DNA from: Chrysemys picta bellii
Taxonomy: Eukaryota
Direction: 5' to 3'
Length of the DNA stretch: 64,000 bases
Assembly (NCBI RefSeq): GCF_011386835.1
Contig: NC_088800.1
Location: forward strand, 8,494,001-8,558,000
Shown: positions 38,406 to 51,783 of the stretch, piece by piece
How the letters are laid out: each line of letters opens with the position of its first letter
How positions within the stretch are numbered: the stretch's first letter is position 1
Made by a program: the position numbers and the translations under genes
Notes under the pieces: generated by a model
Told to the model about the DNA's origin: nothing
The model's database searches: none
The model's input: only the letters and a program-made list of their open reading frames with translations

Positions 38406-38691
38406 CAGGGTTTCTCAAACAAGGGTCGCCGCTTGTGTAGGGAAAGCCCCTGGCGGGCTGGGCCGGTTTGTTTACCTGCCCTGTCCACAGGTCCAGTCGA
38501 TCGCGGCTCCCACTGGCCGCAGATCGCTGCTCTGGGCCAATGGGGGCTTTCCAGCAGCCCCCACTGGCCTGGAGCAGCGATCTGTGGGAGCCTCAATCAG
38601 CTGGACCTGCAGACGGGGCAGGTAAACAAACTGGCCTGGCCCGCCAGGGGCTTTCCTTACACAAGTGGCAACCCTTGTTTGAGAAATCCTG
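38406..38691. mobile_element. hAT MITE (CAGGGTTTCTCAAACAAGGG termini)
   Basis: 8-bp TSD ACGTAGAA at 38398-38405 and 38692-38699. Confidence 0.88.
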
Positions 38692-40732
38692 ACGTAGAAG
38701 CACCCAGTGATAGCAATTTTATTGCTACAATGAAAACCCACATTTCACGCTGCCAGCCCATTTAGTGGGCAGGCTTTTAGATATGACCAACTACTCCATG
38801 CTATCTGTCTTTCCTCTCCTTTGACAGCAGTCAGCACAAAGTCTTTCATAAAGGCTAGGGGACTATTTTTTGTTATATGATCCACGGGTATGGAAATAAA
38901 ACCATAACAGTTATAAATTAACCATATGTAAATAAACGTAGGGAGCTCTAAAGTTTACAATTTTAATCAGTCATTCTAATTATGGGAACTTTTTCAGACT
39001 GGAATTCATGGCACACAGTAGAGCCAGAGAAATTGACCTGAAAAGCTAATGTTTCTATAAGAGGCGGCAGCTTAGAGACTATACTGGAAGACTGTGACTA
39101 CTTGTGAGAACTCAGACCTAGAGAAGATGCCCTGACACACCACTTCTCGATATCTAAAGTTTCAAGTTGATTTAAAGAACTACCATTAGGATTCTGGTTC
39201 AAAGACACAACAATGGCCACTGATGTAAACCCTAGAGAGGATTCTTCAAACTGGCAATGAGGGACAAAAGATATTGCCTGTGTACAAATATAGAGAGCCT
39301 AATGAAAGAACTAATGCTGAGTATCAAAGACTGACAGTACACAGTTAACCCAGAGTGATGTGGATTAACAAAGGAATTATTTCCATTACTGGAGAGTTGG
39401 TTGGGGACTATAGTCAGCTCTTGTATATTAAATCACTCAGTTTCCATGTAGATTTTAAGAGGAACCTAACCAGTCCACTTTTTAATTGCCACAAGAAATC
39501 CAATGATGTACAACTCAAAAGATATAGCAGAGCTTCAAAATTACTTTCATTAGGAGGCAATATTTTTCTTTGGCATATTCTTCAATTTCTGATTTATTCT
39601 ATAAAGCAAAATTAATTTACTTTTAAAAAGGAATTAATATGACCCCCAACCCACCAAACACACCAATAAATTACAACAGTGGCACCTAAACGTCTTGAAC
39701 CATGAGACCCCCTAATTCCTCTCCAAGACCGATGCTCCAGTAAACCAGTCCATGACCCCTAGAACAATCGTATTTCTATGTATACAAAATTGTGAAGCGC
39801 AGTAGGCAGTCTGGTTGGTGCTAATGTGAGGACTCAGGCCCCGGCCAGGTTTGCTTTTGGATTTGATAGCTGTAAAATGGCATGTGGGAGGTCTTCTGAC
39901 CCTACAAGATATTGGGTAAAAATTTCAAGAAGTGGCTATGTGGTTTAGGTGCCTAAGTCTATTATCAAAAGTGACTTAGGCACTTGAGGATGAGATTTTC
40001 AGAAGGTATTTAGGTGCCTAAAGATGTAGATGGGCAGCTAATGAGATTTTAATGGGGGTCAGGTGCCTTACTGCTTAGGTACTTTTCAAAATCCCACTAG
40101 GCACCTATTACTTCTTTAATCACCTAAATACCTTTGGGGAAAAAAAATCACACCTTTAGGAGCCTATGTGCTTACATCACTTTTGAAAACAGGACTTCGT
40201 CTTTTAAGTCAGATGCTTTTGAAGATATTACCAATTGACTAATTTACTACAGGGAGAACAAATTCTCTGTATAAGGGCATCTTCCCAGGAAATATTTTTA
40301 AGCTGTTTGTCATTTGTTGTAACCTTGTTCCATTGCAGAGGGTTAAAAAAATAAAAATCTCTCTATATAAGTTATCTTACATCTCAGGATAAGAGTCCAT
40401 CCTAGCTTTACAAAAAAAAGAAAAATGTTTTAGGCAGCATCTAGAAAGGGGGGTGGGTTCCTGAGAGTCATAAACAGGTATGAAACTTCAGGAGCACAGG
40501 AGGGGAGCTACAGACCCCCTGGGAAGTTTAAGAACTCCTAGTTTACATGATAGTTTCACATAACTTTCAGAATTTCTCTCACATACACGCATATGCATAC
40601 ATAATGAATAGTTATTTCTGCTTCATAAACAATTAAACCATCTTATCTTTACTGTGCTATTCAATGGTAAGCAAAACATTGTGAAAGTTCTCATGCACAT
40701 GATAAAAACACAAGCCGTTCTTTAGTACTCAC

Positions 40733-40870
40733 TGCGACTTTATGATTCCGCATCATATTATCAAACTCTTCATTAATTTTTTTATATTTTTCTTCTGTAT
40801 GTGGCGTGAGCACATATGAAGTGTCAGGGTCCGGGCTGTCACACCCTCTGTGTTCCTTCTTGTTCAGAGC
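40733..40870 (-). CDS. MEF2A: MEF2A alternative exon alpha2 (138 nt, ALNKKEHRGCDSPDPDTSYVLTPHTEEKYKKINEEFDNMMRNHKVA)
   Basis: Not in the ORF track; translated by hand from the reverse complement. Matches the MEF2A alpha2 peptide. Acceptor tatttag, donor gtgagt, phase 0/0. Confidence 0.96.
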
Positions 40871-40935
40871 CTAAATAATGAAGTTAATAAAAAGAATCAA
40901 CAAATAAAAAGTAGAGGTAAAATAAAAGTACTTAC

Positions 40936-41067
40936 AGGGCCTCGCTTGAAAATAAAATCACTATCTTCATTTAGTTTGCTGTATCTGTCCTCCGATAGTG
41001 GACTGTGCTCAAAGTAATCGTCAGCATCAGGGCTCTCACAACCATTAAGGCCTTTTTTTCTTAAAGT
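40936..41067 (-). CDS. MEF2A: MEF2A alternative exon alpha1 (132 nt, [44 protein letters not shown])
   Basis: The translation matches the recalled vertebrate MEF2A alpha1 peptide. Acceptor is ...ttccag (ag at 41069-41068) and donor is gtaagt (40935-40930). Phase 0 at both ends. Confidence 0.97.
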
Positions 41068-41297
41068 CTGAAATACAATTGGAAAATTCACACACAAATA
41101 ATACTAACTTGCCAAGACTTTTTGTAAGCTGAATCATATTCAGAGCCACTGAAACTATATAAAACTGTCAGAAACGCACCTCACTTTAAGAGACAAGCTA
41201 GGCCTTTCAAAATAAGTAGCTCCACAGGGCACCACGATGGAAGGTGCATTTTGAGGCATAGCCTCTCCCAGCTCCGATCTCATGGGTAACTATAACC

Positions 41298-41560
41298 CAG
41301 GGATTGGCAATCTTTGGCCAATCGCAGCTCCCACTGGCCGCGGTTCGCCGTCCCAGGCCAATGGGGGCTGCGGGAAGCGGCGGCCAACACATCCCTCGGC
41401 CTGTGCAGCTTCCCGCAGCCCCCATTGGCCTGGAGCGGTGAACCACGGCCAGCGGGAGCCACGATTGGCCGAACCTGCGGATGCGGCAGGTAAACAAACC
41501 AGCCCGGACCGCCAGGGTGCTTACCCTGGCGGACTGCATGCCAAAGGTTGCCAATCGCTG
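41298..41560. mobile_element. hAT MITE with a deletion in the left arm
   Basis: TSD CTATAACC at 41290-41297 and 41561-41568. Lies 230 nt upstream of the alpha1 acceptor. Confidence 0.88.
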
Positions 41561-44500
41561 CTATAACCTAGCATTACTTTGGCCCCCAGGAATTCCATGA
41601 CCAGCATTTCTTTTAGCTATCTGCTGATGTAATCAAGCAGTTTGACATATACAACTAACATTGAAGGCTACAGCAAGAGGTTAGAATTGTTAGTGGTAAT
41701 AAAAAAATGTACTTCCCATATTAGCATAAGAATTCAGTGCAGCGGCTTTCTTCCTTTCTTTTTTTAAATAGTGTACTCTGTAAGGAGGATGTTATGCCAA
41801 AATAAATTACTGGCCTTGTATTAATAAAACATCAATGTTGGCTTCCCAAATTTTCTATTCTCACTAGAAAACAGTAAAATTAACTGTGTAGAATATAGTG
41901 AGTAAAATTTCCAAATGAATGCATTATTGAATGGTTTTAACAACATATGTAACAATTTGCCTGATTAGTTAAGGCACATACTTTCCTGGACTTCAGTCAC
42001 TTAGCATACAACATGAAAAAAAGGACTGCATAGAACATGACAATCCAAGAAGAACAATGCTCAAAATGCAACTGTTTTTATTTTGCAAACCCTTTCTAAG
42101 ACACTGCAGTTTTCCAAATGTAAGCTTTTTTCACGTGCATATCTTCTGCGGTGACTTAATTTTAATGCGATTGCTTTGTTGGGACTTTTCCTGTTTACTA
42201 AATATGGACCTGCTTCAACATCCCCTTAATGTACACGTCTCCCCACTACACAGCTATGAAATCAGCTACCAAAAGACAGGTTTTTGAACTTCAGGTCTCT
42301 TGCCTTTAAGATCTTGAAAAGTATATTCATATTCTTTAATGCTTATTTTTCCTTGGTATTATAAGTTCAGAAAATCCACATAGCAAGCAAGCTCATGTTT
42401 TTGTTTGTTTTAAATAGAATCTCAAAGTTCTCCACCTCTAGGAAGAGCTTATTGTTAAAAGAAAATTTGTCAGTGAAATGTAATCATAAACATTTAAATG
42501 TCAGAAGTGTGAGAGAGAACAGTGGTGCAGAGAGAATCTTCATTTGGACAGACAACGTATCTTTATCCAACTTGTCTTGGTCTTAAAAATAAAAACCCAA
42601 CCCCACAGAATTAAAATCAGAGCTACCTGTCATTTCATGTACCATAGAGGAATTGCATTCTCAAGGCTTCCTAAGCAACCTGAAAGGTATTTGGTTCTGT
42701 CACCGTTTGAATTTCCATTTAACAATTGACAGTGAATCTACTTTTAGAAGAAGAATCTCAGTACAATTATTTGTTAGTTTTTTTTTAAATGTTATCTTTT
42801 TTCTGATTAATAAAAGTATATATCAATTCTTGATCAAACAGAATAAGGTGCCCAGATCTAATGGTGATAGGATCTACATTAGCAGCTTGGTAAGCAGACA
42901 AACTGTACAATTATCTGCAATCGAATTTCTTCAGAGAAATGTTCAGCTTATGCTATCAATAAAGCTAGAAAATTGTGTACCGATTGCATGTCCACTAAAA
43001 ATAAACAATTTTACTTAGTATTTTGTTAGTAAGCAACCGATTGCTTAATTTCACTTCCTAATGGTAAGGCAATACTTTACAAAATTCAATTATGCAATAT
43101 GAGATTCTCAAAGATCACAGGTCATCATTGGCGAGATATAATTCCTTCTCAAATTACTTGGCATGTGCTGTGTATCCCACACACACTGTCTGGAACTCCC
43201 ACAAAAATTTAATCACTAAATCAGCATATGGGGGGAAACAGGTGTAGCTTTTTCTAACACCTGTCACAGCATTGATCTCTGCTGGTCTAACCAATCAGGT
43301 GGACACTTACATGGACTTAGCCATACAAGGACCTGCTGTTTAGGACTCTGAAGGTCGGAGACTGTTATCCCTCCCAACCCTTCTCAACAAGTTCAGGCTG
43401 TCAGTCCTCTACACTTTGGTATCAGCAGGGAAAATGTTAACACTGTATAATCTGGATTACATTTAACCTTTATAATCTATAAATAGAATTTGAATAGGTT
43501 ACGTCTGTACATGGATCCGAATATACAAACTGTGCCCAGTCACTCCTTTAGGAGCAGCAGTAAAACATGTTATAGTGAAGCAGTATTAAATATGTAAGTA
43601 AATTAGAAAAAGACAGCCTGCAAGAAATGTACAGTGGATATCTGTGTGAACTCCAGCCTACATTTTATACTCTATATTATTTAAATATTGTGAGAGTTTT
43701 GATTTTTATAATATTTAAAATTGTTTTGCCAAATGTTTTATAGTAATTACACTTAAAATCTAGGAATCTCATAAGTGTCTCTCTCAGAATGCCCAAATAA
43801 TCAGTACAGCTTAAGTGGAAACTTCAAAATTTAACTCTCAAAATGCATACCCACCAGTGCTGTCCACCAACACTGAAGTTTAGAAATTAAACAAACTATT
43901 AACGTAAAGTGTACATATATTTAGCCTAATATAAGAATGTATTCACCCTTTTTTCAATCGTCACTTTTTATTCTGATAGTAATGGGGTTAACCCTGCCTT
44001 GACTCATGAGGAAGTAAAATGCCTCAGTATCTCCACTTTAAGATTCTGGAAACCTTCACTCCAGATGGTGTTCCTGTCATTGTTAGAGAACTTAAAGTTA
44101 TGGTTCACTATTACAGATAAATCCAAGTCTGTGTTTGATATCCAAAGCTCTGTTTCTTTATCACCAAAACATGAACTGTCACTTTGAGGACCTAACTGAC
44201 ATAAAAAGACTGTCTACTTTATCACTATCCAGTAGCATAATAGTAAAAAAAGTTTCTCCTGTATGGCTGGTACTAACAAGTGGAATGCTGTAATCTGTTA
44301 ACAAGGCCAGGCGAGGCCTGTGGGAGACAGGCCAGCCTCAGTTTTCTCACAGGCTACAAAGTTAGACATGATAACAGGCTCTCGCTCAATAAAAAACACA
44401 AAGGTCATGACTACTGGGAATCAAGCTGTGTGTATGCAGGAAAGAAAAATTCCATAAACAAGTGCTGGCTCCACCCTCCATATTTTCTATGCTACAAGTT

Positions 44501-46329
44501 ATTACTTCGACACTGAATGTAAGTAAGTGATCCTCCCAAAATTCTTTCCCAGATACGATCGCGAAGACTGAGAAATGTGTAGATCCCTGAAAATAAAGCA
44601 TGTTAAGAAAAAAAATCAAAGAAGACCAAATAATCTTTAGGTAGCATATAGAGATGGGGTCACACACAGAATGTGTGTATGATACTAAACATAAAATCTT
44701 AAAGTTTTTGCAGTTCACGATAACTAGAACAAAAGAGTACTACTTATACTGGTATTTTTGTACACACAATTAAAAATTCTTATTAGAGGGAAAGGAAACA
44801 TTTCATTTCATGTTCTGTAATGGAATGTTTAAGCATCATAAGGAAAGAATACTAACTCCTATTTTCTGGATTATTTCAGGAGTATATCTGGTCCTTGCAA
44901 TAAATCTGTAGTATTTTCATTTTCTTTGTTGGTTCCCAGACAAAGATTTCTGAAAACCTTTTCTGATGGTTGTTTCCTAATCCACTATGTTGAGCTCCAA
45001 TAAATATGTGTTTGTAGCTTGGATGTTACTCTGGATCATTTATTAGTTGATTAGATCAGAGAACTACAAGATTCTTGTCATAAGAAATTCACCATGTGTA
45101 TTTAGAAGAAACCATAGCAGGTGTGGAACCTGTATATACATTAAAATTTAGTGAAAACAATAGCTTAATTGTGTTACAAATAAAGACATTGTACAAATGC
45201 CCCAGCAAGCTGTGATAAATGCTGATAACAGAGTGACTCACAAGTTTTAAAATGGCTTTGTTCCACCATGTAAAAATAAAATATGTAACTAAATGACTGA
45301 TGGTTTTGTGTTGATTTTCGTGTAATGACTGGTATGAGGAAACACCATATGAGGATGTTAATGATGGATTAACCATAAAAGGTTCAAAAGTTATGTTTAG
45401 ACAGCAGTACAAATGTTCCAATATTTTGCTGAACCTTTCTCCAACATTTTACTGTAAGCAAAATGCTTTTGATACTTGCTAGATAGAACACCTTGGTCAA
45501 TTCCCCTACCAGAAATACACAACACGGATAGCATCAGTGCTCACTCCATGCCTTGCAACTTGCCAAAACTCTAATCTGGAGGGTTTCTAACCGTTATAAA
45601 AATGTAATTGTGTTCTGGAACTACTGACCTGATTTCAATCGGTAACATACATGCAGAGGCTGTGGGTTTGTAATTCCTAGAATCTAGTCCCTAGAACCAT
45701 CAATTCCCTCCAACCTGAGCTCTGGGATCATCTCCTTCCATCTCCCATTCAGACCTTTCCACCATCCCTTTAAACTCTATCCTCACAAACCCTTGCCCCA
45801 ACTCCAGGCCTCCTCCTCTTCCAAAGATGTGTGACATCCTCACTGTTACTACCCATCACAGTTGCTGGCAGATTTATAACATCTGCAGTGTCCACAACCT
45901 CTTTTTAAATCTTGCACTCTGAAGCTTTTCCAGATACACAAAAATTCACTTGTGCTGTTTCCAAAGCAAAATCTCTGAAGTTCACAAAATGAGAAAAGCA
46001 ACGACTAGTCCCCACAATTAGAGGATGCAAGCCCAATAATGAATCAAATGAGTGGCGAGGAGAGGAACACTGGGACCCTGTCAAATCGCAGAGGCACACA
46101 TTTTTAGTGCTTTGTCCAGTCCATTTTTAATGTTTCATTTGATGAGACTTTCCCTACTTTCCCTGTGAGATTTATTTTTACATATGGACAGCTATGATAA
46201 AAGAAAGTTAAGGTGCAGAGTCAATCATCCAGAAGTTAAGAATTCCAGGATTAAGGTTGCCTGCACATACCTCATCACTGCCTTGCCCTACATCACATCC
46301 TATTTTCTAGATTACTTTAGGACTATATC

Positions 46330-46870
46330 TAGTCCTTACAATAAATCTGTACTATTTTTATTTTCATTTTTCTTCTAAGTTTCCAGCCAAAAGATTGAGG
46401 CTCCAAGTGCATGGTCAAATAAGAGAGATAGAAATTAATTCCTCTTGGCTCAGTAACATGATGCTTCTGTCTGCACAACTCAAAATTACATTGGCATTCC
46501 TGCAACCATATTGCATTGCATATCTATTTTACTGTCTACTATCACTAACACTTTCTGTACTACAATGTCACATTTCTCTCATTGAATGAGTGTACTTCAA
46601 AATTATTTTTGATTTTATTGTATAGCTCCATTTTTCTTGATTAACCTCATTATGTTACTTTCCACAGTTTTGTGCTTTTTAATAGCTCTATGTCTGATAA
46701 TATTTCTTCTCTGTCCACAGTGGTGCTCATGACTCCTCCAGCTACAGGATTAATTGCATTTGTCATTAAAAAAAAACCTGTTTACCGCACCTTTGAGATA
46801 ATTATGATGTTAATCAGGACCAACCCTAATAACAATACCTGTTTAATATACTAACCAGGCAACATTACCC
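46330..46870 (-). mobile_element. Old, degraded CR1 fragment
   Basis: Collinear resemblance to the CR1 RT/3' region seen in the younger copies. No usable ORF. Confidence 0.45.
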
Positions 46871-47273
46871 CCATAACTCAATGAAAGAAAATCTTTTTTC
46901 TACGTTAGTAATCAAAAATGTTACATTCTGGCCTAAGCAAAAAATGTGTGTTTTAAATAGAACTAAAAGCAGGCCACAAATGCTTGTAAACCTACAGGAC
47001 AATGAATGATGCATTTAATTTTGCAACTTCTGTATGACTGCCAAGACTAGAAGCTTCACTGAAATATATAAACAGTGTTTATACAAAAAATTAAATTAGA
47101 ACACAATAAAATAAACTAGATAAGTAACCAAAGTACTGCTTTCACAACAGTTACGTACCACCCTTGCAATTGAAGACCTTGACTTCTCAAAAGATGAGGT
47201 CTGTGATCCCTTAGTCAACCAACATCTAAAAATAAACATGCTTTCCCCCAACCAGACAGACAAGAACATATAC

Positions 47274-47453
47274 CAGTGGTCGACAACGTTTGGTAAGCAC
47301 CTTGAGGGATGTGCTGGCCGCCGCTTCTCGCCGCCCCCATTGGCCCGGGATGGCGAACCGCAGCCAGTGGGGGCTGCAATCGGCCGAACCTGCCGCGTCA
47401 GCAGGTAAATAAAACTGGCCCGACCCGCCAGGGTGCCGAACGTTGCCAACCCG
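47274..47453. mobile_element. hAT MITE, internally deleted
   Basis: TSD ACATATAC at 47266-47273 and 47454-47461. Half palindromic core. Confidence 0.82.
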
Positions 47454-48704
47454 ACATATACTAAACAAGTCCTGAATACTCAACTCAGTATTCTAAAATA
47501 AAAGATGTATTTTCCACATTTTAATTTTTTCTCAATTTCTAGCAGTACTGTAATAGTAAAAAAAAAGTTTAGTATGTAAATTATTTACCATATATTGTCC
47601 AGAATATCAAGGTATCAAATAATTCTAGGTAAAGTGATGAAATACAAAGAAGTTTGGTAATGATTACATTCTTTGATCCAATATTACAGTATGTGGAAGA
47701 AAAGTTCTCTCTAGGATTAACTAACGGATACAGTGTTTTATAAAGAAATTAACAGGTCCAAAATAATAATACCAGGATTGGCCATTTGTACAATGATCCT
47801 TTATATTCCACTGTAGATAGAGCTATTCATCAATCTTAGATGCAGGAAGGTATACTGCTTGAAAGCTTATCATTACCCCTGCTGTATGCCACTGTCTAGC
47901 AAAAGAGTTTCATGTTCTAAAAGCTGGAACATTTCCAATATCTGGCAAATTTTAACCTGTATCTCTGGCTTTCCAAGGATTAACGCTAGCTGTCAAATTC
48001 CACTGAGATACAATAAAGACTGCACTCAGGATTCAAACCTCTGTTTCTAAAAGTAAAGCATACTGACAGTTTTATAGTAGATACTGTATGCAACTTAACT
48101 ATTAGCTTGAAGCACTTTTGTTATGAAACATACATCAATGTAAGAGAGATCCACAAACAACTGGCCGCGGTTCGCCATTCCAGGCCAATGGGGGCTGTGG
48201 GAAGCAGCACGGGCCGAGGGATGTGTAATACAGTAGTATTATAATATGATGTACTGCTTTTACATACTTGTTATAGATTAGCGGCTTCTCTTAGATAACT
48301 GACCTCTTCCCAATTGTACAGGAGAAAAGGGCATTTTTCATCTCCAATATAGCAAATGCATTAAACGTGAAGAGTACAACAGGTAATTTGTTAGGTGTTG
48401 TAATTTGATGTTACCCAGTCTAACACTAACTAAATGCTGCAATGCCCAGAAGATTAAAAAGGGGCACCATTTTTTTCTTTTTAGAAGCAGAGATCTAGAC
48501 AGTTACTATCAAGAAGAAAATGTATAAATATTGACACTAATACATCCCTGTTAAGTAGCTGCTCCACACGTATTATTGTTATTAAAGTTAATGGGAAAAC
48601 CAAAGATGGAGCATCTACAGAGAGGTTGTTTATGAAATAGTTCATTTTAACTGACATGTATCAGAAATTGAATGATGGTTTAAATGCATAGGGTAAGTTC
48701 AACT

Positions 48705-48957
48705 CCCAGCTCAGTCACAGACTTGCTGTGTGACTTCAAGTAAGTCCCTGAAATCTACTGTGTGCCCCAGTTCAGAGTTAAACTAAGAAATGCTCTCATA
48801 CTAAATGTGAGATTGAAATTGTAGAGAGGAAAGCTGTTCCAGTGGTTAGAGCTATGGCCTACACTCAGGAGACCCAGATTTAATTAACCACTCTGCCATA
48901 GATTTTCTGAGTGACGCTGGGAAAGGCACGGCTCAGTTTCCTATATGTGACATGGGG
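48705..48957 (+). mobile_element. Two MIR-like core-SINE fragments
   Basis: Motifs GACTTGCTGTGTGAC..GTAAGTC and CAGTGGTTAGAG...GGAGAC...CTCAGTTTCC. Confidence 0.5.
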
Positions 48958-51183
48958 AACATAAGAATGGTCATACTGGGTCAGACCAATGGCCCATCTA
49001 GCCCAGTATCTTGTCTTCTGACAATGGCCATTGCCAGGTGCTTCAGAGGGAATGAATAGAACAGGTAATCATCGAGTGATCCAGCCTGTTGTCCACTTCC
49101 AGCTTCTGGCAAGAAGAGTCCATGGACACCCACAGCATAGGGCTGCATCCCTCACCATCTGGCTAATAGCCATTGACGGACCTATCCTCCAGGAAGTTAT
49201 CTAATTCTTTTTTGAACCCGGTTATAGTTTTGGCCTTCACAACATCCCTGACAACAAGTTTCACAGGTCAACTGTGCGTTGTGTGAAGAAGTACTTCCTT
49301 TTGTTTGTTTTAAACCTGCTACCCGTTAATTTCATTGGGTGACCCCTGGTTTTTGTGTTATGTAAATAACACTTCCTTATTCACTTTCTCCACACCAGTT
49401 ATGATTTTATAGACCTCTATCATATCCCTTTTTACTCCTCTTTTCCAAGCTGAAAAATCCCAGTGTTTTTCTCTCTCTCCATATGGAAGCTGTTCCATAG
49501 CCTTAAGTCATTTTGTTATCCTTTTCTGTACCTTTTCCAATTCTAAAATATTGCAGTATTCAAGCTGTGAGTGTACCATGGATTTATATAGTGGCATTAT
49601 GATATTTTCTGTCTTAGTATGTATTCCTTTTCCGAACAGTTAGCTTTTTTGACAGCCAGTACATATTGATCAGATGTTTTCAGAGAAATAACAATGACTA
49701 AGATCTCTTTCTTGAGTGGTAACAGCTAATTTAGACTCATCATTTTGTATGCATGGTTGGTATTATGTTTTCCAATGTTCTTTACTTTGCATTTATCAAC
49801 ACTGAATTTTATCTGTCATTTTGTTGCCCAGTCATGCAGTTTTGTGAAATCCCTTTAACTCTTCGCAGTCAGCTTTGGACTTAACTATCTTGAGTAATTT
49901 TGTATAATCTGCAAATTTTGCCCACCTCATTGTTCACCCCTTTTTCCAGATCATTCATGAATATGTTGAACAGCACTGGTCCCAGTACAGATCCCTGGAC
50001 AACACCATTATTTACCTCTCCTCATTTTGAAAATTGACTATTTATTCCTATTTTTTGTTTTCTTTTAACCAGCTACTGATCCCGAGAGGATCTTCCCTCT
50101 TACCCCATGACTGCTTACTTTGCTTAAGAGCCTTTGGAGAGGGACCTTGTCAAAGGCTTTCTGAAAATCCAAGTACACTATATCTACCGGATCACCCCTG
50201 TCCACGTTTGCTGACCCCCTCAAAGAATTCTAATAGATTGGTGAGGCATGAATTCTCTTTAAAAAGCCATATTGACTCTTCTCCAGCAAATCATGTACAT
50301 TTATATGTCTGATAATTCTGTGCTTTACTACACCTCTACCCAGATATAACGCGATCCGATATAATACGGTAAAGCAGTGCTCGGGGGGGTGGGGGGGGAG
50401 TGGGCTGTGCCCTGGTGGATCAAAGCAAGTTCGATATAACGCAGTTTCACCTATAACGCTGTAAGATTTTTTGGCTCCCAAGGACAGCGTTATATAGAGG
50501 TATAGGTGTATAATTTAAACCAATTTGCCTGGTACTGAAGCTAGACTTACCCAGCCTATAATTGCCAGGATCACCTCTGGAGCCTTTTTTAAAATTGGTG
50601 TCACATTACCTATCCTCTAGTCATCTGGTACAGAAGTTAGTACATACCACAGTTAGTAGCTCTGCAATTTCACATTGGAGTTACTTCAGAACTCTTGAGT
50701 GAATCCCATTTGGTCCTGATTTATTATTTTTTAATGTAGCTATCTGTTCCAAAACTGTCACCTCAATCTGGGACTGTTCCTCTGATTTGTCACCTAAAAA
50801 GAATGGCTCAGGTTTAAGAATGTCCCTCACATCCTCTGCAGTGAAGACTGATGCAAAGAATTCATTTAGCGTCTCCGCAACAGCCTTAACTTCCTTGAGT
50901 GCTTCTTGAGCACCTCGATCCAATGGCCCCACTGATCGTTTGGCAGACTTCCTGCTTCTGATACACTTAATTTTTTTCCTGTTAGTTTTTGAGTCTTTGG
51001 CTAGTTGTTCTTTAGATTTTTTTTTTTGACTACTTTTCACTTCACTTGCCAGAGTTTATGTTCCTTTCTATTTTCCTCAGTAGGAGGTAACTTCCAATTT
51101 TTAAAGGATGGCTTTTTGCCTCTACCTGCTTCTTTTACTTGGCTGTTTAGGCCCGGTGACACTTTTTTGGTCCTCTTATTGTG
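48958..51183 (-). mobile_element. CR1 LINE 3' portion (~2 kb), containing a MITE
   Basis: AACATAAGAA 3' tail. RT-region peptides (QYGFLKR; GPNGIHSRVLK; LAKDSKTNRKK). Confidence 0.88.
50331..50508. mobile_element. TcMar/Tigger-like MITE inserted in a CR1
   Basis: TIRs CACCTCTACCCAGATATAACGC / GCGTTATATAGAGGTATAGGTG with a TA TSD. CR1 sequence continues on both sides. Confidence 0.82.
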
Positions 51184-51783
51184 TTTTTAATTTGGGATTA
51201 CATTTTATTTGATCCCAATACTTTCTTACCTCACAGGGGCGTTATGTGGATAAATACATTGAAGATTGTGCAGCACTCAGATGCTAAGGTGATAGGGGCC
51301 AGACTTGCAGAGAGAAATACCTGCCACTCAAACTGTCTAGTTTCTCTCGTTTGGCCTTCATTGATTAAAGTAAATTTTCTTCACAAAAAATGGTTTAGTC
51401 TTTTATGAGGTCTATGGTCTTCCATAAGAGAAGTAATCAGAAAAAGAGGTTTATCGTATCAAACATGACTTATCCGGGTTGCCATGAATTAGACACCCAA
51501 AGAGGTCCTTACAGACGTTTCAGTACTAAGTGCCTATCTTGTAATTTCTAGATAGCTGTGCAAATCTGCTCCTTGCATAAACTTCTGATTCTTTGCTCAG
51601 TGACCAGTCTAAAATAATAATATAGGATAACTTTCCAGCCAGGCTGAAGGCCTGGCCTCCATTTTCCCCACAGCAGGCACAATTTCTTTCTGCAAAATGT
51701 GCAGGCATATTTTGCATCCTCAAATGAATTCTGTATGAAACTCCAAGTTACTTGCCCTTTTACATACCTTATTGTGAATGTAA

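Noticed and set aside
39000-39360. Faint resemblance to an RTE LINE C-terminus
   Set aside because: Too degraded to support without an alignment.
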